A DNA stretch of 64,000 nt from an uncultured Gemmatimonadales bacterium. Its GTDB lineage: Bacteria; Gemmatimonadota; Gemmatimonadetes; Longimicrobiales; RSA9. The DNA lies in the NCBI GenBank assembly GCA_963741945.1, contig CAVUKA010000004.1, positions 253,500 to 317,499 on the forward strand. Direction: 5' to 3'. Numbering within the stretch: the stretch's first letter is position 1; each line of letters opens with the position of its first letter. The translations under genes and the position numbers were made by a program. Positions 28,087 through 38,294 of the stretch are shown here, one piece after another. The notes under the pieces were generated by a model. That model did no database searches, was not told where the DNA came from, and saw only the letters and a program-made list of their open reading frames with translations.

Positions 28087-30432
28087 TCAGCGGTCGGTCA
28101 CACGGCCGAGCGCGTCGAGAACGATTCCGGGCGTCAGTAGCTGTGGCAGGACGATCGGCTCCGCGCTTCCGTCGGCCGGATACAACACGTAGAGCGGGAC
28201 CCCGACACGCCCGAACTCGGCCAGTGCCCGGGTGATCTCCGGGTCGCGCCGGGTCCAGTCGGCGCGGATCAGCGAGACGTTCGCTGCGGCGAAAGCGCGT
28301 CGCACGGGCTCGGTCCCCAGCGCCACGCGTTCGTTCACCTGGCAGCTGATGCACCATGCCGCCGTGAAGTCGACGAACACCGGGCGTCCCGCGGCTCGCC
28401 CGGCCGAGATCGCCTCCGGGGAGAAGGGCGCCCAGCTCGCCTCGGTGGCCCCGTCGGAGAGGACGGGCTCCACGTGACGAACGCCGCGCGCGGCGGCCAT
28501 CACGGCCGTCGCCAGCGCCAGGAGCGCCAGCCCCCGGGTCAGAATGCGGCTGCGACGGGGAATGGCGGTAGCGGGCCAGCGGCCGACCAGCCATGCGGCC
28601 ACGGCGAGGAGGAGAAGGCCGAACAGCAGCCTGGCCGCGCCACCGATCCCCACCTGGAGGCCGAAGACCCAGACCAGCCAGATGGCCACGGCGAACATGG
28701 GGAACGCGAGGAACTGCTTGAACGTCTCCATCCAGCGGCCCGGCCGTGGGAGTCGGGCGGCCAGCGCCGGCCAGAACGAGAGCGCCACGAACGGCGCGGC
28801 CATGCCAGCGCCGAGGGCGGCGAAGATGCCCAGCGCTTCGGGTGCCGGGCGGAGCAGTGCCGCCCCCACCGCTGCACCCATGAACGGCGCGGTACAGGGC
28901 GTGGCCACCAGGGTGGCCAGCACGCCCGTGAGGAAGGAGCCGCCCGGCCCCTCGTCGCCGCCGATCCCACCAAGGCGAGTGAGCGACGCCCCGAGCTCGA
29001 CCACTCCGGCGAGCCACAGCCCGATGCCGAACATGAGCGCGGCCAGAAGCGCCACCACCGTGGGGCTCTGAAGCTGGTAGCCCCAGCCCACCTGCGCGCC
29101 GCCGGCGCGCACGACCATGAGGACGCCCGCCACCAGCAGGAACATCACGATGACGCCGGCCCCGAACGCGAGGCCGTCCCGCCGCATCCCTTCGCGATCG
29201 CCGCCCCGGCTGGCGAACGCCAGCGCCTTCAGCGACAGGATCGGGAAGACGCAGGGCATCAGGTTGAGGATGATCCCGCCCAGGAATGCGAACACCAGGG
29301 CGACGAGGAGCGAGAGCGAGCCGGCTCCCGCAGTGTTCTCCGGGCCCACCGATCCAGTCGGTGCGGCCGCGCCGCTGACGGCATCACTTCCGGCCGGCCC
29401 CACCGACGCCGCTTCCAGCGGGGTCACGTCGTCCGCGGCCCAGGCCAGCTGCCCGTGCTCGACGGGAACGGCCACGGCGAGGCCATGGTGACCGGCGGAG
29501 TCCACGGCCGTGGATGCGGGGAACGCCAGCACCCCTTCCAGGACGTCCGGCTCACCGGCGAGGTATTCCGACTGTGTGAGCCGCAGCCGCAGCTCGCCAT
29601 CGGCCTGACCCAGTGGCTGCGGCGCCACGTGGCTGAGCGTGGTCGGGTCCGCCGGGAAGAAGTAGGCGCGCGCCAGGTCACCGGCCCAGCCCGCGGGCGG
29701 CCTCGCCGCCAGGACGAAGCCGCCATCGACGCGCGCAGCCCGCAGCGTCCAGCCGGCCTCTTCCGCCGGAAGACGCGAGCGGGACTCGGCAATCAGCGCG
29801 GCGTCCGAGGACGGCTCGGCGGGTCCACTGGCCACCGGCAGGTCGAGCGAAACCTCGGTACTGGCGGGAATGCACACGTCCGCGCAGACCAGGAAGTCCG
29901 CGGTCGCCGACAGGTGGACGGACCGGGCGCCCGGCTCCGCCGGCGGCGTGATGCGCGTCAGGAGCACCACCTGGTCCGCGTACCCGTAGTTCATGAGCGG
30001 CGGGTACGGGATCCGCTCGGGCACGGGGTAGCGCAGCGAGTCGGCGCTGAAGCCGGACGGCAGGTGCCAGGCCACGATCGCGCCGTTCCCAGCGTCGCCG
30101 GCGTTCTTCCAGTACGTGTGCCAGCCCGGTTCCAGCGTGATCTGCAGCCCGACGGTGAACGGCTGACCGGGGCGGACGGCAGCCACCTCGCTGACCAGGC
30201 GCGCCTCGCTGTGCGGCGTCGGGTCGTCCTGCTGCACGCCGGGCGAACCCGCCGCCGGTGTGGCCGCGGCCAGCCCGAGCCCCGCCGCGAGCAGCGCCGC
30301 CACCCATACTCCCGCCCGACCGCTCGCCGCGCCGGCCCTGCCGGGTCTGCGCCTCTCACTCACATTCATCTCGACCGCCTCGTCCCGCATTGCCAGCTCC
30401 ATCGCCCCGGCCGGAAGCACGCTCCGCTCCAA
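28087..30432 (-). CDS. dsbD: Protein-disulfide reductase DsbD family (start probably downstream, about 30369-30390)
   Basis: WHTYWKNAGDAG, C-x3-C, LNLMPCVFP, ATPCTAP, C-terminal WCISC thioredoxin domain. Confidence 0.9.
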   Translation of the reverse strand: MERSVLPAGAMELAMRDEAVEMNVSERRRPGRAGAASGRAGVWVAALLAAGLGLAAATPAAGSPGVQQDDPTPHSEARLVSEVAAVRPGQPFTVGLQITLEPGWHTYWKNAGDAGNGAIVAWHLPSGFSADSLRYPVPERIPYPPLMNYGYADQVVLLTRITPPAEPGARSVHLSATADFLVCADVCIPASTEVSLDLPVASGPAEPSSDAALIAESRSRLPAEEAGWTLRAARVDGGFVLAARPPAGWAGDLARAYFFPADPTTLSHVAPQPLGQADGELRLRLTQSEYLAGEPDVLEGVLAFPASTAVDSAGHHGLAVAVPVEHGQLAWAADDVTPLEAASVGPAGSDAVSGAAAPTGSVGPENTAGAGSLSLLVALVFAFLGGIILNLMPCVFPILSLKALAFASRGGDREGMRRDGLAFGAGVIVMFLLVAGVLMVVRAGGAQVGWGYQLQSPTVVALLAALMFGIGLWLAGVVELGASLTRLGGIGGDEGPGGSFLTGVLATLVATPCTAPFMGAAVGAALLRPAPEALGIFAALGAGMAAPFVALSFWPALAARLPRPGRWMETFKQFLAFPMFAVAIWLVWVFGLQVGIGGAARLLFGLLLLAVAAWLVGRWPATAIPRRSRILTRGLALLALATAVMAAARGVRHVEPVLSDGATEASWAPFSPEAISAGRAAGRPVFVDFTAAWCISCQVNERVALGTEPVRRAFAAANVSLIRADWTRRDPEITRALAEFGRVGVPLYVLYPADGSAEPIVLPQLLTPGIVLDALGRVTDR

Positions 30433-30666
30433 TGATCGTGCGTTCCGCCGGACCGTGCCACCCCGCGCGCTCCGAGAGGGTGTGCCGTTCTCTCGCGCTG
30501 GTCCATCCCGGATCGCCGGAGACCCGGACTGGAGGAGATGTACCCGTGTGCCCCATGAAGGGGTTCACCCTCGCTCCCTGGCCGGACGCCGGCCGTGGTG
30601 AGCTGCGGAGCGAACCGCGGGGCGGGAGCCAGCCGAGCGATGAGCCGCCGGGGCCGCCGTGCGCGC

Positions 30667-31863
30667 TCAGTCCTCCAGGAGCCGCCCCGGCCGGACGGCC
30701 CCGGGTCCGAACCGGTCGCGAAGGTGGTCGGTAGCGCGGGACAGGCGACGGTCGCGCTCGCTCTCGAGCGGCGAGTCGGCGGGATCGTCGAACAGGACCA
30801 GTTGCGTCGGCTCGTCCTGCTCGGAGAAGTGGGACACGCCCACGCCCAGGAGGCGAGCGCCGACCCTTCGGCGCCGGCGGAGTGTGACCAGCAGCTCACT
30901 GGCAATGGCGAGGATCGCGCGGTCGGACTCCAGCGGCTGGTCCACGGTGCGGCTGGCTGTGCGGCTGCGGAAATCGGCGTCCTTGATCTTCACGGTGACA
31001 GTGCGTGCCCGGAGCGCCTGTCGGCGGAGATCGGCGGCCACGCGCATGGCCAGCGCCATCAGCTCGCGCTCCAGCTCGTGGTCGTGCTGGAGGTCCTGTG
31101 GGAACGTCTCCTCCCGCGACATGGACTTGGCTGCGGCGTCGGGCTCCAGGACGTCACTGGCGCGGCCGCGGATCCGCTCGTAGAGCCACGCACCGCGCCC
31201 CGTCCCCACCATTCCCTCGAGCTCCGCCTCCGTGAGGGGGAGTGCGTCCGGCACGCGGACCAGTCCCATGGTGCGGAGCCGGTCGGCCAGGACCGGTCCC
31301 ACACCGGGGATCTCCGCCAGCGCGAACGCCTCGAGGAACGCGCTCTCCCCGCCCTGCTCGACAATGTGCACGCCCGCCGGTTTCGCGCGCTCCGCCGCGA
31401 GCTTCGCCACCATCCGGTTCGTGCCGCCGCCGATGGAGACCGTGATCGCTGTATCGGCTTTCACGGCCGCCTGGATCCGGAGCGCCGTCTCCCGCAGCGG
31501 CTCTCCGCGATAGAGCGCCTCCGTGCCCGCGAGGTCGAGAAAGGCCTCATCGACGGAAGCGGCCTCCATCACCGGCGCGAAGCGGGCGAGGACATCGCGC
31601 ACCTCGTGCGACTTGCGGCGGCACATCTCGCGTGGCACGGGCACGACCCTGGCCCGTGGGCAGAGCCGGAGCGCATGGGCGGTGGGCATGGCCGAGTGGC
31701 AGCCGAACGCGCGGGTCTCATACGACGCGGACGTCACCACGCCCCGCCCATCCGGCGCACCGCCCACCAGCAGCAGCGGCTCACGGCCGGCCCCCTCCGG
31801 GTCCGCCAGCCGCGCGCACTGGACGAAGAACTGGTCGCAGTCCACGAGAAGGAGGCGCTTCAT
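30667..31863 (-). CDS. dinB: DNA polymerase IV (Y family)
   Basis: VDCDQFF, SYETRAFG, SVDEAF, AKLA..AKP; C-terminal QLVLF clamp-binding-like motif. Confidence 0.93.
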   Translation of the reverse strand: MKRLLLVDCDQFFVQCARLADPEGAGREPLLLVGGAPDGRGVVTSASYETRAFGCHSAMPTAHALRLCPRARVVPVPREMCRRKSHEVRDVLARFAPVMEAASVDEAFLDLAGTEALYRGEPLRETALRIQAAVKADTAITVSIGGGTNRMVAKLAAERAKPAGVHIVEQGGESAFLEAFALAEIPGVGPVLADRLRTMGLVRVPDALPLTEAELEGMVGTGRGAWLYERIRGRASDVLEPDAAAKSMSREETFPQDLQHDHELERELMALAMRVAADLRRQALRARTVTVKIKDADFRSRTASRTVDQPLESDRAILAIASELLVTLRRRRRVGARLLGVGVSHFSEQDEPTQLVLFDDPADSPLESERDRRLSRATDHLRDRFGPGAVRPGRLLED

Positions 31864-32037
31864 GGCCGGAAAGCTACGCGGACCCGGCTCCGCCTGGTAG
31901 CCGTGGCCCCGGGCGGCCCGCACCGGCACCAGACGGAGAACGGCCGCGGACCAGCGCCAGGGCGCCGGCCGCGGCCGCAGGACCGGGCGGACGGGGAGCG
32001 CGTTGCGGGATCCAGCGCGCCCCCGTCCTCGCAGTGC

Positions 32038-33705
32038 TCAGAACAGCCCGACGATGGTCCCGTCCGGCTCGACCCGCATCCGTTCGGCGGCCGGTGTGGC
32101 CCCGAGCCCGGGCATGGTCATGATGTCCCCCGTCTTTGCCACCACGAACCCGGCGCCCGCGGACGGTGTGACCTCGCGAACCGTGACCCGGAAGCCTTTC
32201 GGGCGCCCGAGCTTGGACGGATCGTCCGAGAAGGAGTACTGGGTCTTTGCCATGCAGATGGGCACTTCGCGCAGCCCGATCGACTCCAGCTGCTCGATCT
32301 CCTTCTTCGCTGACGGCAGGAAGTCCACGCCATCCGCGCCGTAGATCTCCCTGGCGATGGTCTCCATCTTCTCCGCCAGCCCCATGTCGAGCGGGTAGAG
32401 CGGCTTGAAGTCCGCCTTGCCGGAGTCCGCCACTTCCACGACGGCGTCGGCGAGCTCCAGACAGCCCGCACCGCCCTGGCCCCAGGGATCCGCTTCCACT
32501 GCGCGAACACCCCACCCCTTCGCCGCCTCCAGGACCGCTGCCACCTCGGCGTCCGTGTCCGCCGAGAACCGGTTCAGCGCGACCACGGGCGGAACCCCGT
32601 GCTTCGCCACGTTCTTCACGTGCGCTTCCAGGTTCTCCAGCCCGCGCTTCAGCGCCTCGACATTCTCCTTCCCCAACTCGCTCTTCGGCACACCGCCGTG
32701 CATCTTCATCGCCCGCACCGTGGCGACCACAACGGCCACCGCCGGCTTCAGCCCGCCCACACGGCTCTTGATGTTGAAGAACTTCTCGGCGCCGAGGTCG
32801 GCCCCGAAGCCGGCCTCCGTGACCACGTAGTCGCCGAGCTGGAGGGCCGTGTTCGTGGCGACCAGCGAGTTGCAGCCGTGGGCGATGTTGCCGAAGGGAC
32901 CCGCGTGGATCAGCGTGGGCGTGCCGCCCAGGGTCTGAACGAGGTTCGGGGCCATGGCATCCTTCATCAGGAGCGTCATGGCGCCCGCCGCATTCAGGTC
33001 GCGGGCCCGAACGGGCTGCCTCTCGCGCGTGAAGCCCACGATGATGTCGCCGAAACGCTTCTCGAGATCCTCGAGCCCGGAGGCGAGGGCGAAGATGGCC
33101 ATGATCTCGGACGCGGCCGTGATGACGAAGTGGTCCTCGCGCGTGGTGCCGCCGTTGATGCCGCCCACGCCGATGACCACGTTGCGGAGCGCGCGGTCGT
33201 TCATGTCGACCGTCCGCGGCCACGTGATGCGACGGGAATCGATGCCCAGCGTGTTCGGCCGCCAGAGGTGGTTGTCCAGCATGGCCGAAAGCAGCGCGTG
33301 CGCCGACGTGACAGCGTGGAAATCACCCGTGAAGTGCAGGTTGATGTCGGCCATCGGTACGACCTGCGCGTAGCCGCCGCCGGCGGCGCCACCCTTGATC
33401 CCGAACACGGGTCCCAGGCTCGGCTCGCGGAGCGTGAGCATGGGGTTCTTCGACCGCAGGCTGAGCGCGTCGGCGAGCCCCACGGCCGTTGTCGACTTGC
33501 CCTCGCCCGCCGGCGTGGGATTGATCCCCGCCACCAGGATCAGCTTGCCACGCGGCGGCGTGTCGCGCTGAGAGATCTCGAGTGGGATCTTCGCCTTGTA
33601 GCGGCCGTACGGAATGATGTCGTCCGCCGACAGTCCGATCTTCCCCGCTATCTCCGTGATCGGCCGCAGCTCGGCTTCCTGGGCGATCTGGATATCCGTC
33701 TTCAT
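32038..33705 (-). CDS. fhs: Formate--tetrahydrofolate ligase
   Basis: TPAGEGKST, KGGAAGGGY, GPFGNIAHG, TEAGFGADLG and IMTMPGL motifs. Confidence 0.97.
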   Translation of the reverse strand: MKTDIQIAQEAELRPITEIAGKIGLSADDIIPYGRYKAKIPLEISQRDTPPRGKLILVAGINPTPAGEGKSTTAVGLADALSLRSKNPMLTLREPSLGPVFGIKGGAAGGGYAQVVPMADINLHFTGDFHAVTSAHALLSAMLDNHLWRPNTLGIDSRRITWPRTVDMNDRALRNVVIGVGGINGGTTREDHFVITAASEIMAIFALASGLEDLEKRFGDIIVGFTRERQPVRARDLNAAGAMTLLMKDAMAPNLVQTLGGTPTLIHAGPFGNIAHGCNSLVATNTALQLGDYVVTEAGFGADLGAEKFFNIKSRVGGLKPAVAVVVATVRAMKMHGGVPKSELGKENVEALKRGLENLEAHVKNVAKHGVPPVVALNRFSADTDAEVAAVLEAAKGWGVRAVEADPWGQGGAGCLELADAVVEVADSGKADFKPLYPLDMGLAEKMETIAREIYGADGVDFLPSAKKEIEQLESIGLREVPICMAKTQYSFSDDPSKLGRPKGFRVTVREVTPSAGAGFVVAKTGDIMTMPGLGATPAAERMRVEPDGTIVGLF

Positions 33706-33760
33706 GCGCACCTTCTCCGGTCTTGGTCCGTCCATCCACACTGGTCAATGTGGCGGGCAA

Positions 33761-33789
33761 AGCGTGGCTCGCGGGCACCCGGGTGTCAA
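33761..33789 (-). promoter_or_regulatory. Putative sigma70 promoter of fhs
   Basis: TTGACA-17 nt-CACGCT on the minus strand. Confidence 0.55.
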
Positions 33790-33847
33790 GTCGGGGAATG
33801 TCCCCAAAGAATGGCGGGGCGGAGCGGCGGAGGGGTGCGGAATCGTG

Positions 33848-33880
33848 CGACGCCCCGACACAGCGAGTGTCGGGGCGTCG
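33848..33880 (-). terminator. Hairpin immediately after the USP gene stop
   Basis: Perfect 14-bp stem CGACGCCCCGACAC/GTGTCGGGGCGTCG with 5-nt loop; no strong U tract. Confidence 0.6.
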
Positions 33881-33882
33881 GC

Positions 33883-34782
33883 TCAGGAGGAGCGGGTCAG
33901 CGTGACTGGCCGCCCGGGCGCCCCTCCCGGCAGCCGGGCATCAATGCCCGACGCCACGGGTGTGGCCAGGATCGCAGTCCTGGCTTCCGCGATCAGGCGG
34001 CGTGCCACGCGTCCGACCACGACCCGGCCGTTGCAGATGTAGCCGTCGCTGCCGAACGCCAGCAGGCCCACACCGAGCTCTTCCGAGAGCCGGAGCAGCT
34101 CGGCCACCGGATCCCCGGTGAGGGTGTGACAGGTCACCGACGTGGCCCCGGTCTCCTTGAGCTCGGCCACCAGTGCGTTGAACCCGTCCTCGACAGCGCA
34201 GCGGTAGCAGCCGCCCCAGTCCCACACGGAAGCGGCCGGGAAGTCCATGGACGGGCTGACGTGCGCCAGATGCAGCTCTCCCTTGAGTCCCACGATCTGC
34301 AGCGCCGCACGGGCGGCATCGGCGGCGGCCGTGCGGAAGTCGATGCCCACCAGCGCACTGGTGGGGAGGGCGCCGTCACGGGCGATGAACACCGGCGTCT
34401 CGGTGAGGTGCAGCAGCTCCATGGCCGTGGACGTGCCGTCCGGCTTGGACGCGTCGACGCCCAGGACCACCATGCGGGCGCCTCTCGCTTTCGCCGCGTC
34501 GCAGATGGCGGGGGCGGGACGACCGAGGCGGACGTGCACCGGCCAGTCCACCGGGCCCACAACGTCGCGCACGTGCTCCCGGACCCGATCGGCAACGCCG
34601 AGAGCATGGGCGTTCTCGAGCTCACTGCGATGGGGCAGCGGCATCGGAAGCTCGCTCAGCGGCTCCACGACAGAGACCACCTCGACGGGCACCCCTTCGA
34701 CTTCGGCGAAGGCGGCCGCGAAGCGCAGCGCGCTCGCGGCCGTACGTCCCCCATCCGTGGCGAGTAGCAGCGGTTCGGCCAA
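33883..34782 (-). CDS. Tandem-domain universal stress protein
   Basis: LLATDG, LVGIDF, GDPVAELL and GRVARRLI USP patterns; TTG start with GAGGGG RBS. Confidence 0.85.
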   Translation of the reverse strand: MAEPLLLATDGGRTAASALRFAAAFAEVEGVPVEVVSVVEPLSELPMPLPHRSELENAHALGVADRVREHVRDVVGPVDWPVHVRLGRPAPAICDAAKARGARMVVLGVDASKPDGTSTAMELLHLTETPVFIARDGALPTSALVGIDFRTAAADAARAALQIVGLKGELHLAHVSPSMDFPAASVWDWGGCYRCAVEDGFNALVAELKETGATSVTCHTLTGDPVAELLRLSEELGVGLLAFGSDGYICNGRVVVGRVARRLIAEARTAILATPVASGIDARLPGGAPGRPVTLTRSS

Positions 34783-35064
34783 CTTCCCCCCTCGAGTATC
34801 TCGGCCGGATCGCCCGGCTTGAGGTACACGATAATGCGCGCGCCCGCTGGGGACTGTCGGGATGCGTTCGCATCAAGGGTGGGGCGATGGAGGAAAGCGG
34901 TGTCGGGGAAAACGCCCCCGCCGCGTCATGCGCGCGCTCCTTGCCCCCCGTCGCGCCCGGTGCCACGTTCCACCGCCGTTCCATTCAGCAGGAGGGGCCC
35001 CTCGACCCGCGCTGGCGGCGGCCCCCGAGACCACGCTCACGACCCGGCCCGGATCCTCACCACC

Positions 35065-35619
35065 ATGACAGCTGTCGACCGCGACCGTCTCCGTTCCCTC
35101 CTCCGGGCCCGCTCCCTGAGGCGGGGCGACTTCGTGCTCTCCAGCGGTGCCCGCTCGAGCTACTACATCGATGCGAGGGTCACCACCATGTCCGGGGAAG
35201 GGCAGCTGCTGATCGGGCGCCTCGGCCTCGACACCCTGGACGCCGCCGGCTGGAGCCCGGAGATCATCGGTGGCCTCACGCTCGGCGCGGATCCCGTCGC
35301 CTATGCCATTGCTCACGCCGCTGCCCGTTCGGGCCGTGAGCTCGACGCGTTCACGGTCCGGAAGGAGGCGAAGAGCCACGGCACCGGGCGCCGGATCGAG
35401 GGCGGCTTCAGCGCTGGATCCGAATGTGTGATCGTGGAGGACGTGGTGACCACGGGGGACAGCGCTCTGCGGGCGATCCAGGCCGTGGAGCAGGCGGGCG
35501 GCCGCGTGACGGGCGTTTTCGCCATCGTCGACCGTGAAGAGAGCGGTCGCGACCGGCTCGAGCGGTCCGGATATCCGCTGCTCACGCTGTTCCGGGTCTC
35601 GGAGCTCCTCGGGGACTGA
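35065..35619 (+). CDS. pyrE: Orotate phosphoribosyltransferase
   Basis: FVLSSG..SSYYID, VRKEAKSHG and IVEDVVTTG motifs. Confidence 0.95.
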   Translation: MTAVDRDRLRSLLRARSLRRGDFVLSSGARSSYYIDARVTTMSGEGQLLIGRLGLDTLDAAGWSPEIIGGLTLGADPVAYAIAHAAARSGRELDAFTVRKEAKSHGTGRRIEGGFSAGSECVIVEDVVTTGDSALRAIQAVEQAGGRVTGVFAIVDREESGRDRLERSGYPLLTLFRVSELLGD

Positions 35620-35625
35620 CCTCCC

Positions 35626-36882
35626 CTACAGCTCCTCTCCCGCCCGCTGGACCGGGTACATCCCGCCGACCGCCCCGGCGATCACCGGGATCTCGGAGCG
35701 GACGATCATGACCGACTGCTGCCCGGAGCCGAGCGCAGCCAGCGCCGCTTCCTTCACCTGCCGCGGGCTCATGGCGGCGTGGAAACCGAGGGTCTCGGCC
35801 CAGCCGCTCAGACGATCCTGCCAGCGCTTCTCGATCGCAGCTTGCTGAGCCGCGGATGGCACCAGCCCGAGTGAGGTGCCCCGGTCCACGAGTAGGTGGT
35901 TTCGCGCCCCCGCCTTCGCCAGGGCCAGCGCCGCATCCTCGTCGCCGGCGCTGCTGGCCGCCGTAGCGTCGGGCGGAAGCATCCGGACGTAGCGATCCAG
36001 GTCACCCGCGGTGTAGCGGCGCTCGCGTCCTTCCGCGGACCAGACGGCCAGGGGCCTCGCGGGAGGCTCGCCCCGGGCCCAGGCGAGAACGGCCGAGGTG
36101 TCCAGCCGGATACGGGAGGCCTGTTCGCGCGCCCAGTCGGTGGCCTTCCCCAGAGCCTCCGGCAGATCCACGTAGCGAGCGAGGACCTGATCGCGGACCG
36201 CGTCCAGCGGCAGCTCGCGCTTCTCAACGAGACGGATGACGTGGAAGCCGTACTCGGTCTCCACCACATCACTGATCTCGCCTTCCTTCAGCGCCGAGGC
36301 GGCACTCCAGAACTCCGGGGCCCAGCTCCCCCGGCGGCCGGGCTCCAGCCGGCCCCCACGGGCCGCCGCGCCGGGCTCGTCCGAGTACTCCGCTGCCAGA
36401 CTGTCGAAGCTCTCGCCTGACCGGGCACGGGCCAGCGCCTCCTCGGCCCTGGTGCGAGCGGAATCCCTCTGGGCTTCGGGGCGCCAGCGCTCGGCCAGGA
36501 CCACCAGGTGCTGGACGACGAGCTCGTACTCGGGGCTCCGGTCATACGCTTCCTGAAGCGCGGCCTCGTCCACACCCCTCGCCTCCACGGCCACTTCCAT
36601 GGCGAGCCGCTGCACCAGGAGGGAGCGGAGGTCCCGCTCGACGAAGGGCTCTCCCAGCTCCCGCAGCCGGCCTTCAGCCGCGGCGAGTCCGAACCCGGTG
36701 AGTGTGCCGAGAAGGTCCCGCTGACCGGGGCCCAGCGCGCCGAGATCCTCCCGGCTGAAGCCGACGCTGCCAACCCGCAGGGCGGCCGGGGCCTCACAGC
36801 CGGCAAGGAAGAGCATGAGCGTGGCGACACCCATGACGCCGCGCAGTGCCCGGAACCGCTGGAGCGTGTGCCGCGGCGTCAC
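35626..36882 (-). CDS. Parvulin-type peptidyl-prolyl isomerase lipoprotein (PrsA/SurA-like)
   Basis: Lipobox [18 protein letters not shown] and ETEYGFHVI motifs. Confidence 0.85.
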   Translation of the reverse strand: MTPRHTLQRFRALRGVMGVATLMLFLAGCEAPAALRVGSVGFSREDLGALGPGQRDLLGTLTGFGLAAAEGRLRELGEPFVERDLRSLLVQRLAMEVAVEARGVDEAALQEAYDRSPEYELVVQHLVVLAERWRPEAQRDSARTRAEEALARARSGESFDSLAAEYSDEPGAAARGGRLEPGRRGSWAPEFWSAASALKEGEISDVVETEYGFHVIRLVEKRELPLDAVRDQVLARYVDLPEALGKATDWAREQASRIRLDTSAVLAWARGEPPARPLAVWSAEGRERRYTAGDLDRYVRMLPPDATAASSAGDEDAALALAKAGARNHLLVDRGTSLGLVPSAAQQAAIEKRWQDRLSGWAETLGFHAAMSPRQVKEAALAALGSGQQSVMIVRSEIPVIAGAVGGMYPVQRAGEEL

Positions 36883-36895
36883 GTCACCGCCTCCG

Positions 36896-38002
36896 CTACT
36901 CGAGGAGGCGGAGCGGCATTACGAGACAGAGGTAGTCTCCGTCCGCCTCGTCGACGGGCTCGACCGTGGCCGCCCGCTCGGGAGCCTTGAAGGACAGCTT
37001 CACTTCCTCGGTCGGCATGAAGCGGAGCACTTCGAGCAGGTAGTTCGCGTTGAAGCCGATGTCGACCGGCTCGCCGGTGTACTGGACCTCCATCTCCTCG
37101 TGGGCATCCCCGAGATCGGGCGTCTCCACCGAAAGTCGGAGCGCCGCGCCGGTGAACGAGAGGCGGACCCGGTGCGTCTGGTCGCTGGCCACCACCGCCA
37201 TCCGCCGGAGCGAACGGGTCAGCGTCTCTCTGTCGGCGAGAGCGATCCGATCGTTGTCCTTCGGGATCACCTGCTCGTAGTTCGGATACGGCCCCTCGAT
37301 GAGGCGGGTGTAGACCCGGGTGCCATCCTTGCGGAAGCCGAGGTGGTTCTCGCTCCGTGCCACGTCGATTTCATCGCCAGGCTCGAACAGCCGCTGGACC
37401 TGCGCCAGCGCCTTCGGCGGCACGATCAGGTCGGCGTGGGGCGCGTCCGTCGGCTGGGTGGGGACGGAGAGCTTCGCAAGGCGGTGGCCATTCGTCGCCA
37501 CCATCCGCATCTCGCCCTCGGCAAGCTGCCAGAGCACGCCGTTCAGGATCGGGCGGCTCTCCTCCGTCGACACGGCGAAGGCGGTGCGCTCGATCATCAT
37601 CGACATGAGCTCGGCGGAGATCCGCCAGCTGGCGTCGAAATCGACCTGCGGGAAGGTGGGGAACTCGTCCCGGGCCATACCGTTGAGCCGGAACGTGGCA
37701 CGGCCGCACGAGATCTCGAACCGCTCACCTGTGGTGCTGACGTTCACCGGCGCCTCGGGCAGCTCCCGAGCCAGCTCCTGGAGCTTCTTGGCCGGCACCG
37801 TGATCGCGCCCGGGTCCTGTACTTCCGCAGGCACTCGGAGCGTGACCGCGATATCGAGGTCCGTCCCGCTCATCTGGACACCGCCATCCGCCGCTTCGAT
37901 CAGGATGTTCGAAAGGACGGGAAGCGTCGTCCGGGTCGGGATGCTCGCCCCCACCGCGGCCAGGCCCTGCTGCAGGTTATCCCGCGTGATCGTGAATTTC
38001 AT
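36896..38002 (-). CDS. dnaN: DNA polymerase III beta sliding clamp
   Basis: [28 protein letters not shown] and VMPLRL motifs; downstream of dnaA. Confidence 0.97.
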   Translation of the reverse strand: MKFTITRDNLQQGLAAVGASIPTRTTLPVLSNILIEAADGGVQMSGTDLDIAVTLRVPAEVQDPGAITVPAKKLQELARELPEAPVNVSTTGERFEISCGRATFRLNGMARDEFPTFPQVDFDASWRISAELMSMMIERTAFAVSTEESRPILNGVLWQLAEGEMRMVATNGHRLAKLSVPTQPTDAPHADLIVPPKALAQVQRLFEPGDEIDVARSENHLGFRKDGTRVYTRLIEGPYPNYEQVIPKDNDRIALADRETLTRSLRRMAVVASDQTHRVRLSFTGAALRLSVETPDLGDAHEEMEVQYTGEPVDIGFNANYLLEVLRFMPTEEVKLSFKAPERAATVEPVDEADGDYLCLVMPLRLLE

Positions 38003-38294
38003 TCGCCCCTCAGGTTGGATCCTGGTCCGGGTTCGTCCGGTTTCCACACCCTATCCCTACTACCACTCTCTCAAGAGATCTAACTCGTAGTAGTAACAGG
38101 GGGTGTGGAGCCGTGGAGAACCTCACCGCGCCGGTGCCCCTGTCCTTGAGCCACAAGCCCATTTGCCGTGTGCCGATGGTGTGGAGGAAACGTTGATTCG
38201 ATTGCCGGGGACTCCACACCGTCCACAACGCGAGGGCCAATGTGGAAAACTTCGGCAGTTCCCACAATGCTTGAACGGGTCGTTTCCACGAAAC
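38003..38294. other. Replication origin (oriC) between dnaA and dnaN
   Basis: About nine DnaA-box-like nonamers (38040, 38104, 38112, 38180, 38210, 38219, 38241 TTTTCCACA, 38258, 38282) plus TAG trio repeats at 38087-38096; gene strand bias flips near here. Confidence 0.85.

Noticed and set aside
30433-30666. Possible ncRNA between dinB and dsbD
   Set aside because: No recognisable SRP, 6S, TPP or cobalamin consensus.
33706-33880. ZTP/THF riboswitch upstream of fhs
   Set aside because: The predicted promoter lies about 55 nt from the start and no riboswitch consensus is present.
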